From positions 21,018,001-21,082,000 of the forward strand of contig OZ360247.1 in the NCBI GenBank assembly GCA_977017645.1: a DNA stretch of 64,000 bases, in the 5' to 3' direction. Under the pieces are notes generated by a model. The model saw only the letters and a program-made list of their open reading frames with translations. It was not told where the DNA came from and searched no databases. The translations under genes and the position numbers were made by a program. Shown here piece by piece: positions 21,275 through 32,700 of this stretch. Source of the stretch: Torpedo marmorata. Lineage: Eukaryota. Within the stretch, counting starts at the first letter, position 1; each line of letters opens with the position of its first letter.

Positions 21275-21442
21275 NNNNNNNNNNNNNNNNNNNNNNNNNN
21301 NNNNNNNNNNNNNNNNNNNNNNNNNNNNNNNNNNNNNNNNNNNNNNNNNNNNNNNNNNNNNNNNNNNNNNNNNNNNNNNNNNNNNNNNNNNNNNNNNNNN
21401 NNNNNNNNNNNNNNNNNNNNNNNNNNNNNNNNNNNNNNNNNN
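21275..21442. other. Assembly gap (168 N)
   Basis: Run of N. Confidence 1.
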
Positions 21443-22027
21443 GTAGTACAGGAACCTTTTGTCGTTAGTTATGTACATTAACAACTCAGATGTTAGGACA
21501 GAGATGTGATCAGTAATCATGAAGATGACGTGAAGATTGGTGGTACTGTTGATGGTGAGGAGTATTGGCTTTAGCCACAGATGATATTAACGAGATGTGA
21601 GATTTTCAGAGAAATGGCAATGAATTTAATTCTGTAAAATGCACAGTGATGCAATTTGGGAAGGCTAATATGAAATGCTGAGGATCAAAGAGACTTCAGT
21701 GTACAAGTCCAAGGATCTCTGAAGGCAGCATCATAGGTAGATAAGATGGGTGAAGAACGCATATGAGATACTTGCCTTCATTAAATGGGTATAGGAAATT
21801 AGGTGTAATCACATCAAACATTCACTAGGTTACAGCTGGATCCTCTCTGCAGTTCTGGTCACCCATCGCACTGTAGAATAGAGCTGGTTACACTGGGAAA
21901 GGTGCATCGGAGATTTAGCAGGACGTTGTCTGAGATGGAGCATTTCAGCTATGAAGAGAGACTGGAGAGGTTAGATGCGTTCTCTTGGGAGCGGAGAAGC
22001 TGAGAGGCAAACTGATCGAGGGATAGA

Positions 22028-22620
22028 CACTGGACAATGAAGATTTTGCTTCCTGAACATGTTTGGGTGTATTTTATGGATTTTGGGCTGCTGATCACAA
22101 AAATCACCTTAAAATTTTCCTATCACGTACCATTTTTTTAGATATAACCTATTTTTGTGATTTCCTGTCATAAGTCTACTTCAAGCATACAAAACCATGA
22201 AGTGCAACATGTCATTCGCACTTGGACTTCTTCCCTGCTGATCTTGGTGCAGTCAGTGACAGACACGGTGAAAGGTTTCACCAGGACATTGCGACCATGG
22301 AAAAGTGATATCAGGGTAACTGGAATCCATCAATGCTGGCCGACTATTGTTGGACACGGACACGAGAGGCATCAGATGCTGAGTACAAATGAAAATCAGG
22401 GGCAATACATTTTTAGGTCAGTTGAACTAACGAAATGTGTCAGCATCATTATGCGATTAAACATGCTAAATCAATAAAAGTTAATTTAACGTTTCGCCAA
22501 CTTCCTACGTGATACATCAAATATGAAATTAGCTTTGTGTTCAGCTTGAAGTTGTCTATCATAATCCCCATTTTTTTTTTTTCAGGAAGCAAATCTTTTG
22601 AAAAAATGTGTTATCCAGTG
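22028..22620 (+). mobile_element. Chapaev3-type DNA transposon deletion derivative retaining the transposase C-terminus
   Basis: Termini CACTGGACA...TATCCAGTG; subterminal sequence matches 16811-17599 in the opposite orientation. Encodes HSHLDFFPADLGAVSDRHGERFHQDIATMEK*YQGNWNPSMLADYCW...KSGAIHF*. TSD is not clean. Confidence 0.82.
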
Positions 22621-23073
22621 TTATTAATAGATGGTGGGGATTTTTAGCAGGGTGTCCATAATCATGTGGGCAGGGGAACTTGAGAAATATTTTATTATGA
22701 TCTGGACAATGGCTAAAATCTGTAATGTCCACACAAGAAGGATATTTAGATGTTCACTTGGAACAAACACCATGGAAGGAAGGCCAAGTGCTGACAAATG
22801 AGGTGAATATTGACAGATACATGATGGGGCTTCACAGACTTGTGGGGCTGAAGTGCCTGTTCCGTGCAGCAGGACTTCATGGTCATCGAGGTCATTGTAA
22901 TTAGAAAAGAAGAGACAGGCACTGAATCAAGGGAAGCAGCTGCATGCAAGGAGAAAGACGGCGGGAGAAGATGAAACATCATGAAGGCAGGACATCAGCA
23001 GCAGTGGAAATGGTGAAGAGAATCCAGGGAGAGAACGAAAAGCAGCAGCAGATGAAAGGTGTAAATTTTTATA

Positions 23074-23320
23074 GGGCGGCACAGTTAGCGTAGTGGTTAG
23101 TGCACCGCTGTCACAGCGCCAGCGATTGGGACCGGGATTCAAATCTGGCGCTGTCTGTAAGGGGTTTGTACGTTTTCTCCGTGTCTGCGTGGGTTTCCCC
23201 CGGGGGTTCCGGTTTCCTCCCACCCTTCAAAACGTACGGGGGTTGTAGGTCAATTGGGTGTAATTGGGCAGCACGGGCTCATGGGCCGAAAGGGCCTGTT
23301 ACCGTGCTGTATGTCTAAAT
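23074..23320 (+). mobile_element. tRNA-derived V-SINE (HE1-like), full length
   Basis: GGGCGGCACAGTTAGCGTAGTGGTTAG head, GGATTCAAATC B-box-like, V-domain core, CR1-type tail; homologous to 1-266. Confidence 0.9.
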
Positions 23321-23964
23321 TTTTTTAAAAAATTAGAATAAAGGGTGAATAAGGCGGAACAGCATGCGATGTGAAAGGAAACAACACTGAGGGAAAACAA
23401 AATGGCTCACACAGAAGAAAATGAGCACAGATAGAACAAGGGAGTAAAGAAGTGCAGTGGCTTTAGGGAGAAGGAAGATGGTAAAACAAAAGGACAACAT
23501 CAGCAGCAATAGCGAGAAATGAAAACCACAGAGTGAAAGAGTACGCAGTGGTCCTGGAAATTAAAAATAATCAGGATAAAGGGAAGGAGCAGTCTGGGGG
23601 GACAGGGAAGGCGAATGGAAAATAAACCTGACACAGCAAAGGAAAACAGCAGAATGACAACAGGAACCTGCAGCAAATGAGAAAGGAACATTGGATTGGA
23701 AAGAAGGAAAATTGGCAGAGGGAGGGCGGGCACAGGCAGAAGGGAACCTATTGCATCAGAAAGGGATGTTGAAAGAAAGGAAAAACAAAGCTAATGAGGA
23801 GAAAGTGAGAGCGAGGGAAGGGAAAAGGAGTCGACACATGTAGAACATCAGGAGAAAAATAAAGTCCAAGGAGAAAGGAAGAGAGCAGAAAGGAAAGAGG
23901 GGACAGAAACAAGTCGTGAAGAGCAAGAGGAGAGAAGAATGGAACACGTGGTTGCAGGAAGCTG

Positions 23965-25585
23965 CATTGCTCTTCGAACCACCTTCGGCATTCAACGTGG
24001 TCATGGCTGATGCTCCATCACAAACACATGTTCCTATTCTCTCCCCATTGCTTGATGCCTTTTGTGTCCAGAAATTATTCACCTCTTTCTTAAACGCATT
24101 CAGTGATGGTCTCTACAGCTATCTATGGTAACAAATTCCAGAGGCTCACCATCCTCTGAGTGAAGAAAAAAATGATCTTTGTCCTTAATTTCTTTCTTGT
24201 ATTCCTGAGGCAGTGACCACATTATTCTAGAACCTGCAGGCAGACGAAACATCACCCTGATCTCCATTCTGTCGAGCCCTGTCAGAATTATCTGTGCTTA
24301 ATGTGATCTGCTCTCATTCTTCTAAATTGAGTTGATTCAAGACACACAAGAGAATGCAGATGCTGGAATCTGGAGCAACAAACAATCTGCTGGAGGAACT
24401 CAGGGGGTTGAGCAGGATCAGTGGGGGAATGAATGGGTCAACGCTACTGGTGACTATGTCTCTCCCACTGATGCTGCTCGAACCGCTGAGTTCCTCCAGA
24501 GGATTGTGTTGCTAAATTGATTCAATGTTTTCCTCATACTTAAATTCTCCCATTCCAGAGTCTTGTTTGCATTTGAGGCATTCTCTCTGACAAGTGAGAG
24601 AGACCAAGGGTATAGGTGCATGGTTCCATGAACAGGGTGACTCAAGTGGACAGGATGGTCAAGACAGCATTTGGCATACCAGCCTTCATTCGAAGGGGTA
24701 TAGAATACCTCACAATAGAGCTGTATAAAGTATTGGTAAGGCCACACTTGAGTATTGTGTGAAGCTCTGGTCTCCCAGCTCTACAAAGGTTATCAATAAG
24801 TTTGGAAGGAGCTTGTTGCCAGGACTGGAAGGCTTGGGTTATAGGGAGAGGTTGGAGAGGCTGGAGGGTGATCATATAGAGGTTTATAAAATCATGAGGG
24901 CATGGATAAAGTGAATGCTCACAGTCTTTTTCGCAGGGTAAACAATTTCAGAACTGGAGGACATAGATTTAAGATGTGTGGGGAGAGATTTGAAAATGGA
25001 CTTGAGGGGCAGTGTTTTTCACTCAGAGAGTGGTCAGCATTTGGAACAAGCTGCCAGAGGAAACTATAGAAATGGGCACACAATTACGATATTCAAAGAT
25101 ATTTGGATTGATAGATATGGATAGGTAGAGAGATATGGACCAAATGCAGGCAAATGGGACTAGCCCAAAATCACAACATGGGTAACAAGGGCAAGCTGGG
25201 CTGAAGTGTCTGTTCCATGCTGATTTATTCTATGAGGAGACAAAACTGCACATAATACCACATGTGTGGTCTTATGAATAATTCTTGCAAGACACTTTAG
25301 TTCTTGCACTCAAAACTTCTTGCAATAAAGTCAATCTCCCATTTTCCTTCTTATCTAATTACTCCACCTGTATGTTCACTTTCAGTGCCTGGTATTCGAG
25401 GATACTTCGATCCATTTACACATCAACATTTCCAAATCTATGTCCACTTCTGTTTATCCCACTGAACTGGATTTATCCACATTGCTGACATCATCTTGAA
25501 GACTCTTTGCACCCTTCTCACAATCCCACCAAGCCCATTTAGATAATATTACATTCAGTTCACTCGACCAAATAATTTATCTATA
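23965..25585. mobile_element. CR1 fragments (approx. 23965-24330 -, 24590-25235 +, 25240-25585 -)
   Basis: GGTAAGGCCACACTTGAGTATTGTGTG, GAGGGTGATCATATAGAGGTTTATAAAATCATGAGGGC, GGAACAAGCTGCCAGAGG and tail motifs. Confidence 0.78.
24341..24512. mobile_element. Penelope-derived fold-back element
   Basis: CAATCTGCTGGAGGAACTCAG..GAGCAGGATCAGTGGG is followed by its imperfect reverse complement CCCACTGATGCTGCTC..CTGAGTTCCTCCAGAGGATTG. Confidence 0.75.
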
Positions 25586-25680
25586 GAAACAGAAAGTGCT
25601 TGAATTCTCAGCAGGTCAGGCAGCATCTGTGGAAAAAGAAAGAGAGTTAGTGTTTTAGCTTACAGAATCTTCATCAGAAC
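25586..25680 (-). mobile_element. Penelope pseudo-LTR fragment
   Basis: CTCAGCAGGTCAGGCAGCATCTGTGG...CTTCATCAG (CTGATGAAG on the minus strand). Confidence 0.6.
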
Positions 25681-25814
25681 GAGAGAAGAGGAACAGTGAC
25701 AGGGAAAAACAGAAGGAGTAAAAATGAACAGATAGACAGCATTCAGGGCAAGGAAAGAGTAGCAGGAGAGGAACAAAAAAAGAACCAAATAGCCACTGGA
25801 CAGATAGAACACAG

Positions 25815-26519
25815 CAGATTTGTGTTTTAGATGTAAGAATGAAGTAGGTTCTTTTGTTCATTCTACATGGTTATGTCCAAAAATTCAAGATTTTTGGTTG
25901 AAAGTTAAGAATTTTTTAGATAGAGTTTTTAATGTTATGTTTCCAATGGACCCTATGTTATTTCTATTTGGAGATATTAGGAAATTTAGTATTAGGAATA
26001 GATTGAATATGTATCAGGTAGAATTTTTGCTAATTGTTTTAGCTGTCTCAAAAAAATGTATTGCTATTACTTGGAAATCAGATTTAGATTTAAGTTTAGA
26101 TAGGTGGCATGCAGAACTTCGGTCGTGTATTCCTTTGGAAAAGATTACTTACAATTTACACAATAAATATCATTCTTTTTTAAAAATTTGGAGCCCATAT
26201 ATGAGAGTTATGGGTTTAAGGATTTGAAATCTCTAGAAATCAGGTCTATTGGCGAGTTTAACCTCCAGGATAAAATTAGTTTTTAGATGGTTCTCTCCTC
26301 ACTATTAATCTATTTTTCTTTTTCTTTTTTTTTTACTATGTATTTTTTTTTATTTTTTATTTTTTTAGAATAGTGGGATTAGGGGGGGTTAGGGAAGGGT
26401 GGGAGGGTGCGGGGGGAGGAAATGTATATCACTTGTATTTTGGAAACTACACATTTTGATTTATGTATTGTGTGATTTAAAAATTTAAATAAAATAATTA
26501 AAAAAAACAAAAAACAAAA
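25815..26519 (+). mobile_element. L1/Tx1-clade LINE, 5'-truncated second copy
   Basis: ORF 25820-26227 is homologous to 19784-20236 (CFRC..H..WLC; KKCIAITWK; PLEKITY); same UTR layout, AATAAA, A-rich tail. Confidence 0.92.
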
Positions 26520-26782
26520 CAGAGGATAACAACAGTGGGTCACAGAGATAACAGACACAGGGAAAACAGTAGATGGACAAGAGTACAACAGCAGATGGGT
26601 GCAGAGCAAAGAGCTGGACGCGGGGAAAATAGCAGTTGAACTCCAGAAAGCAGTCGCTGAGAGGAAAACAGCATCTGGACAGAGGACAACAGTAACAGGA
26701 CAGATGTAATAGCACCTGGACACAAGGCAAACAGCAGTTGGACAGTAGGAAACAGCTGGACAAATGGAAATAACAGCTGGAT

Positions 26783-29700
26783 GCTGGACATAGGGCACAG
26801 AGGCTGGACATGGGGTACAGAAGCTGGACACGGGGTACAGAAGCTGGACACGGGGTACAGAGGCTGGACACGGGGTACAGAGGCTGGACACGGGGTACAG
26901 AGGCTGGACACGGGGTACAGAGGCTGGACAACAAAAAGCAGCTGAGCACAGCAAATCTGCAGCTGGACAAACAGAAGTCGGACACGGACAACAACGGCAA
27001 ACAGCTGGACAGAAAACTGCAGCAGGACAAAACCAGCTGGACATGGAGTTCAGCACAGGATGGGGGGTGGGGGAAGACAGCAGATGGACAGGAAACAGCT
27101 GGAAGGGGGTAACAGCTGGACAGGGGAACAGCTGGGCGGGGGAACAGCTGGATGGGGGAAATGGCTGGACGGGGACATCAACTGGATGGGGGAGCAGCTA
27201 GACTAGAGGCAGATTTACAGGGGGAAGAGTTGGATGGGGAAACAGCTGGACAGGGACCAGCTGGACAGGGTAGAAACATCTGGACAGGGGACAAACATCT
27301 GGATAGGGGAAAATCTGGGCGGGCAACAGCTGGACAAGGGGAAAAGCTAGACAGGGAGAACAGCAGCTGGATGGGGGAACGGCTGGTAAGGGGTGAACAG
27401 CTGGATGGGAGACAGCTGGACAGGGTTAACAGCAGCTGGACAGGGGGAACAGCTGAGCAGGAGGGAAGTGCTGGACATGGCGGAACAGCTACTGGTTGGG
27501 GGGAACAGCTGCTGGACAGGGCGGAATAACTAGACAGGGGGAACAGCATACGGACAGAGGGAGCAACAGCTGGACAGAGGGGAACAGCTGGACAAGGGGA
27601 GCAGCAGCTGGACTGGGGAACAGAAGCTGGAGGGGAGGGAACAGCTGGACAGGGAGGAAACAACAGCATGACAGGGGGAACAGCTGGACAGAGGTGCCAG
27701 AAACTGGACTGGGAGAACAGCAGCTGGACAGTGGGGAACAGTAGCTGGACAGGGGGTACAGCAGCTGGACAAGGGGGAACAGCTGGACGGGGAACAGAAG
27801 CTGGACAGGGGGAACAGCAGCTGGACAGGGGGGAACAGCAGCTGGACAGGGGAACAGAAGCTGGAGGGGAGGTAACATCTGGACAGCGATGGAACAGCAA
27901 CTGGACAGTGGTAAACAGCTGGACCAGAGAGCAACACCTGGACAGGGTGGAACAACTTGACAGGGGGTCCAGCTGGATGGGGGAAACAGCTGGGCAGGTG
28001 GGAACAGCAGCTGGGCAGGGCAGAACAGCTGGACAGGGGGACAACTGACATGGCGGGACAGCTGGGCTGGGGAACAGCTGCATGGAACAGCTGTGCAGGG
28101 GAACAGCTGGACAGGGGGGTACAGCGGCTCGATGGGGGAACAGAAGCTGGAGGGGAGGGAACAGCAGCTGGACCGGGAGAACTGTAGCTGGAGGGGAGGG
28201 AACAGCTGGACAGGCGGAACAGCAGCTGGACAGAGGGGAACAGCAGCTGGACAGAGGGGAACAGCTGGACAGGAGGGGAAAAGCTGGACAGGAGGGGAAA
28301 AGCTGGACAGGGGCAACTGCTGGACAGGGGCCAACAGTAGCTGGAAGGGGACAACAGCAGTTGGACAGGGAAAAAACTGGACAGGGGGAACTGCTGGAAA
28401 GGGCGGAGCGGCTGGATGGGTGGAACAGCAGCTGGACAGGTTGAAACAGCAGCTGAACACAGGGGGAACAGTTGGACAGAGTTGAACAGTAGCTGGACAG
28501 GGGGAACAGCAGATGGACATGTGGGAACAGCAGCTGGGCGGGGGAAACAGCACTGGGCAGGGGGGCAGCTGGATGGGGTGGAACTGCTGGACAGGGCGGG
28601 AGAGATGGACAGCAGAAACAGCTGGACCTGGGGAACAGCTGGACAGGGAACAGTGGACAGAAGGCAACTGCTGGACAGGGGAACAGCAGCTGGACGGGGG
28701 AACAGGTGGATGGGGAACAGTTGGACAGGGTTACAGCTGGTCGGGGAAAGCAAACAGGGGAACAGCAGCTGGACAGATGGAACAGCAGCTGGATGGGGAG
28801 CAGCAGATGGATGGGTGAAACAGCAGCTGGATAAAGGGGAACAGCTAGAGAGGGGGAACAACAGGTGTACAGGGGAAACAGCTGGACGGGGAAGCTAGAC
28901 GGGAACAGCAGCTGGACATGGGAAACAACTGGACAAGGGGAAACAGCTGGACAGGGGGAAGATCTGGACAGTGGGGAAGAGCTGGACAAGGGGGAATAGC
29001 TGGACAGGGGAAAAAGCAGCTAGACGGGGGGGGAACAGTTGGATAGGGGTAACAGCTGGACAATGGGAAATTGCAGCTGGGCGGGGGAGAAGCAGCAATT
29101 TAGGGGGCAGCTGGACGGGGGAACAGCTGGAAAGGGGAAAACAACAGGTGGACAGGGTGGAAGAGCTGGAAGTGGGAACATCTGGACAGGGGAACAGCTG
29201 GACAGGGGGAACAGGTGGACAGGGGACAGCAGCTGGACAGGGGAAAAGCAGGTGGAGAGGGAGAACAGCAACTGGAGATGGGAAACAGCAGCTGGACAGG
29301 GGAACACCAGCTGGATACACGGGGAACATCTGGACAGGGGGAAAAGCAGCTGAACAGGGGAACAGCATCTGGACAGGGGAAACAAAAGCTGGAGAGGTGC
29401 AACAGCTGGACAGGTGGAAACAGTTGGACACCGGGAGCAGCCAGACGGTGGGGAACAGCAGCTTTACGGGGGGACAACTGGTCAGGTGGAACAGCTGGAC
29501 TGGGGGAACATCAGCTATACGGGGGAACAGCTGGACTGGGGAAGTGCAGCTGGACGAGGGGGAAAAGCTGGACAAGGGGGAAGAGCTGGACATGGGAGCG
29601 TCTGGATAGGGGGACAGCAGCTGGACAGGGGGAAACAGCTGGACAGGTGAAACAGCTGGAATGGGGAACAGGAGCAGGACAGGGAGCAACAGCAGCTGGA

Positions 29701-32700
29701 CAGTGGGAACAAACGGGCGGGGAACATCTGGACAGGGAGAACATCTGGACAGAGATATAGTTGGACAGGGATGGACAAGCTGGACAGGAGGGACAGCTTG
29801 AGAGGGGGAACTGTTGGACAGGGGGAACAGCAGCTGGACGGGAGGAGTGCAAGTGGACAGGGGGGAACAGCATCTGAACACATGGGGAACAGCCGGACAG
29901 GGGGGAACAGCAGCTGGACAGTGGGAACAAATGGGCGGGGAACATCTGGACAGGGAGAACATCTGGACAGAGATATAGTTGGACAAGCTGGACAGGAGGG
30001 ACAGCTTGAGAGGGGGAACTGTTGGACAGGGGGAACAGCAGCTGGACAGGGGGGAAACAGCATCTGGACACATGGGGAACAGCCGGACAGGGGGGAACAG
30101 CAGCTGGACCGGGGGGGGGAGGAATCTGGACGGGGGAACAGCAGCTAGACAGGGGGGGACAGAAGTTGAACAAGCGGGGACAGCAGCATAGTGACAGGGG
30201 GAACAGTTGCTGGATAGGGGGAACAGCAGCTGGACAGGGGGAACAGCTGGACGGGGGAACAGCTGCTGGATGGGGGGAACAGCAGCTGGACGTGGGTGAA
30301 GAAATGGTAAAGGGCAACAGATGGACAGGGAGAGCATCTGGATAGGTGAACAGCAGCTGGACTGGGGAAACATAAGCTGGGCAGGGGGAACATCTGGACA
30401 TGGGAACAGCTGGATAGGGGGAACAGCTGGAGAGAGGGAACTCTTGGACAGGGGGAGCAGCAGCTGGACGGGGTGACAGCAGCTGGACAGGGGGACCAGC
30501 AGCTGGACAGGGGGAAAGAGCATCTGGACACACGGGGAACAGCTGGACAGGGGGGAACAGCAGTTGGACAGGGGGGGATCTGGACGGGGGAACAGCAGCT
30601 AGACAGGGGGTACAGAAGCTGAAAAGGGGGGACAGCAGCATAGTGACAGGGGGGACAGTTGATGGACAGGGGAGAATAGCAGCTGGACAGGGGGAACAGC
30701 AACTGGACAGGGGGAACAGCAGCTGGACAGGGGGAACGCCAGCTGGACACGGGGAACATCTGGACGGGGAAAAGCAGCTGGACAGGGGGAACTGCAGCTG
30801 GACAGGGGAACAGAAGCTGGACAGATGTAACAACAGCTGGACGGGGGACAAAAGCTGGAGTGGTGCAACACCTGGACAGGGGGAAACAGTTGGACTGGGG
30901 GAGCAGCTGGACGGTGGGGAACAGCAGCTGCACAGGGGGGACAACTTGACAAGTGGAACAGCTGGACAGGGGGAACAGCAGCTGAACAGGGGTAACAACA
31001 CCTGGACAGGGGAAACAACAGCTGGAGAGGTGGAATAGCTGGACAGGGGAAGCAGCTGGACAGTGGGAGCAGTTGGATGGTGGAGAAGAGCAGCTGTACA
31101 GGGGGACACCTGGACAGGAGGAACAGCTGGATAGCGGGGAGCAGCAGCCGGGCGAAGGTGAATAAATGGTCAAGGGGACCAGCTGGACAGGGGAGCATCT
31201 GGATAGGGGAACAGCAGCTGGACAGGGGGAAGCAGCTAGACGGGGGAAACATAAGCTGGACAGGGGAACAGATGCTGGACAGGGGAACAGATGCTATACA
31301 AGGGGTAACAAAAGTGCAGGGTGAACATCTGGACAGGGGGCAACTGGACGGGTGGAACAGCAGCTGGAAGGGAGGGAACCAGCTGGACAGGGGGCACAGC
31401 AGGACAGGTGGAACAACTGGAGTGGGAGGGGAACAGCTTGACAGGGGAAAACATCAGCTGGACAGGGGAACAGGTGAACACGGGGGAACAGCTGGAGATG
31501 GTGGAGCAGCTGGACTGGAGAAACAGCAACAAGAAAGGGGGAGCAGCAGATGGACAGGGAGAACTTCTGGACAGGGGAAATGTTGGACGGGGGAAGAGAA
31601 TCTGTACAGGGGAACAAAGCTGGACAGGGGGAACAAATGGGATGGGGAAACATCAGGACACAGGAAAAGCAGGACGGGGAACAGCTGGAAAAGGGGAACA
31701 GTTGGACAGAGGGTAACAGCAGCTGGATGGGGAAAAGCAGCTGGACGGGGGGAACAGCTGGAGGGGAAGTGCAATAGCTTGACAGGAGAAAACGGGGGAG
31801 CAGATGGACAGGGGGAAACAGCTGCTGGACAGGGAGAAGATGTTGGACAAGAGAAACATAAGCTGGACAGGGGTAACAGCAGCTGAACCAGGGGGAACAT
31901 CAGTTCAGGGGGAACAGCAGCAGGACAGGGGGGAAAAGCAGCAGGAGAGGGCGAACCGCAGCTGGACAGGGGGAACAACAGCTGGACAGGGGGACAACAA
32001 CTGGATAGTGGGAACAACTGGACAAGGGGAACAGCAACTGGACAGTGGGAACAGCTGGATAGGGGGAACAGCAGATGAACAAGGGGAAACTGCGGTTGGA
32101 CAAGGGAACAGCAGTTGGAATGGGCAACAGCAGTTGGAATGGGCAACAGCAGCTGGACAGGGGGAAACAGCAAATGGACAGGGGGAACAGCTGGGCAATG
32201 GGGAACAGTTGGACAAGGGGGAACAGCTGGACAAGGGGGAACAGCTGGACAAGGGGGAACAGCTGGACAAGGGGAACAGCTGGACAAGGGGGAACAGCTG
32301 GACAAGATGGAACAGCTGGACGGGGGTACAGCTGGACTGGGGAACAGCTGGACGGGGAACAGCTGGACGGGGGAACAGCAGCTGGACCGGGGGAAACAGC
32401 TGGAAAGGGAGGAAGATCAGGACAGGGGGAACAGCTGGACATGGGGGAAAAGCTGGACAGGGGAAATAGCTGGACAGGGGAACAGAAGCTGGACAGAGGG
32501 GAACAGCAGTTGGCCAGTGGGAAATAACATCTGGACAGGGGGAAACAGCAGTTTGACAGGGAGAACAGCTGGACAGGGGGAACAGAATCTGTACAGGGGA
32601 ACAAAGCTGGACAGGGGGAACAAATGGGCTGGGGTCAGCTGGAAGGGGAAACATCCGGAAACAGGTACAGCTGGACAGTGGAACAGCTGGAAAGGGGGAA

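Larger units (their letters stand above)
20995..22880 (+). mobile_element. Degenerate CR1 LINE (RT region to 3' end), interrupted by an N gap and a Chapaev3 element
   Basis: WKPVT (21231), GATGACGTGAAGATTGGTGG (DD.KIGG), CAGTTCTGGTCACC, CAGCTATGAAGAGAGACTGGAGAGG, and tail GGGGCTGAAGTGCCTGTTCCGTGC. Confidence 0.75.

Noticed and set aside
21275-21442. N gap hiding the missing exon
   Set aside because: Both flanks are consecutive parts of one CR1 RT region, so the gap is more likely a simple-repeat insertion; not fully excluded.
23074-23155. tRNA gene (also 190-266)
   Set aside because: It is the tRNA-derived head of a SINE, followed by a V-domain and LINE tail, with no complete cloverleaf.
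25800-26530. Target-site duplication for the second L1
   Set aside because: The best candidate (AGAACACAGCAGAT vs ACAAAACAGAGGAT) has 4 mismatches in 14 within low-complexity sequence.
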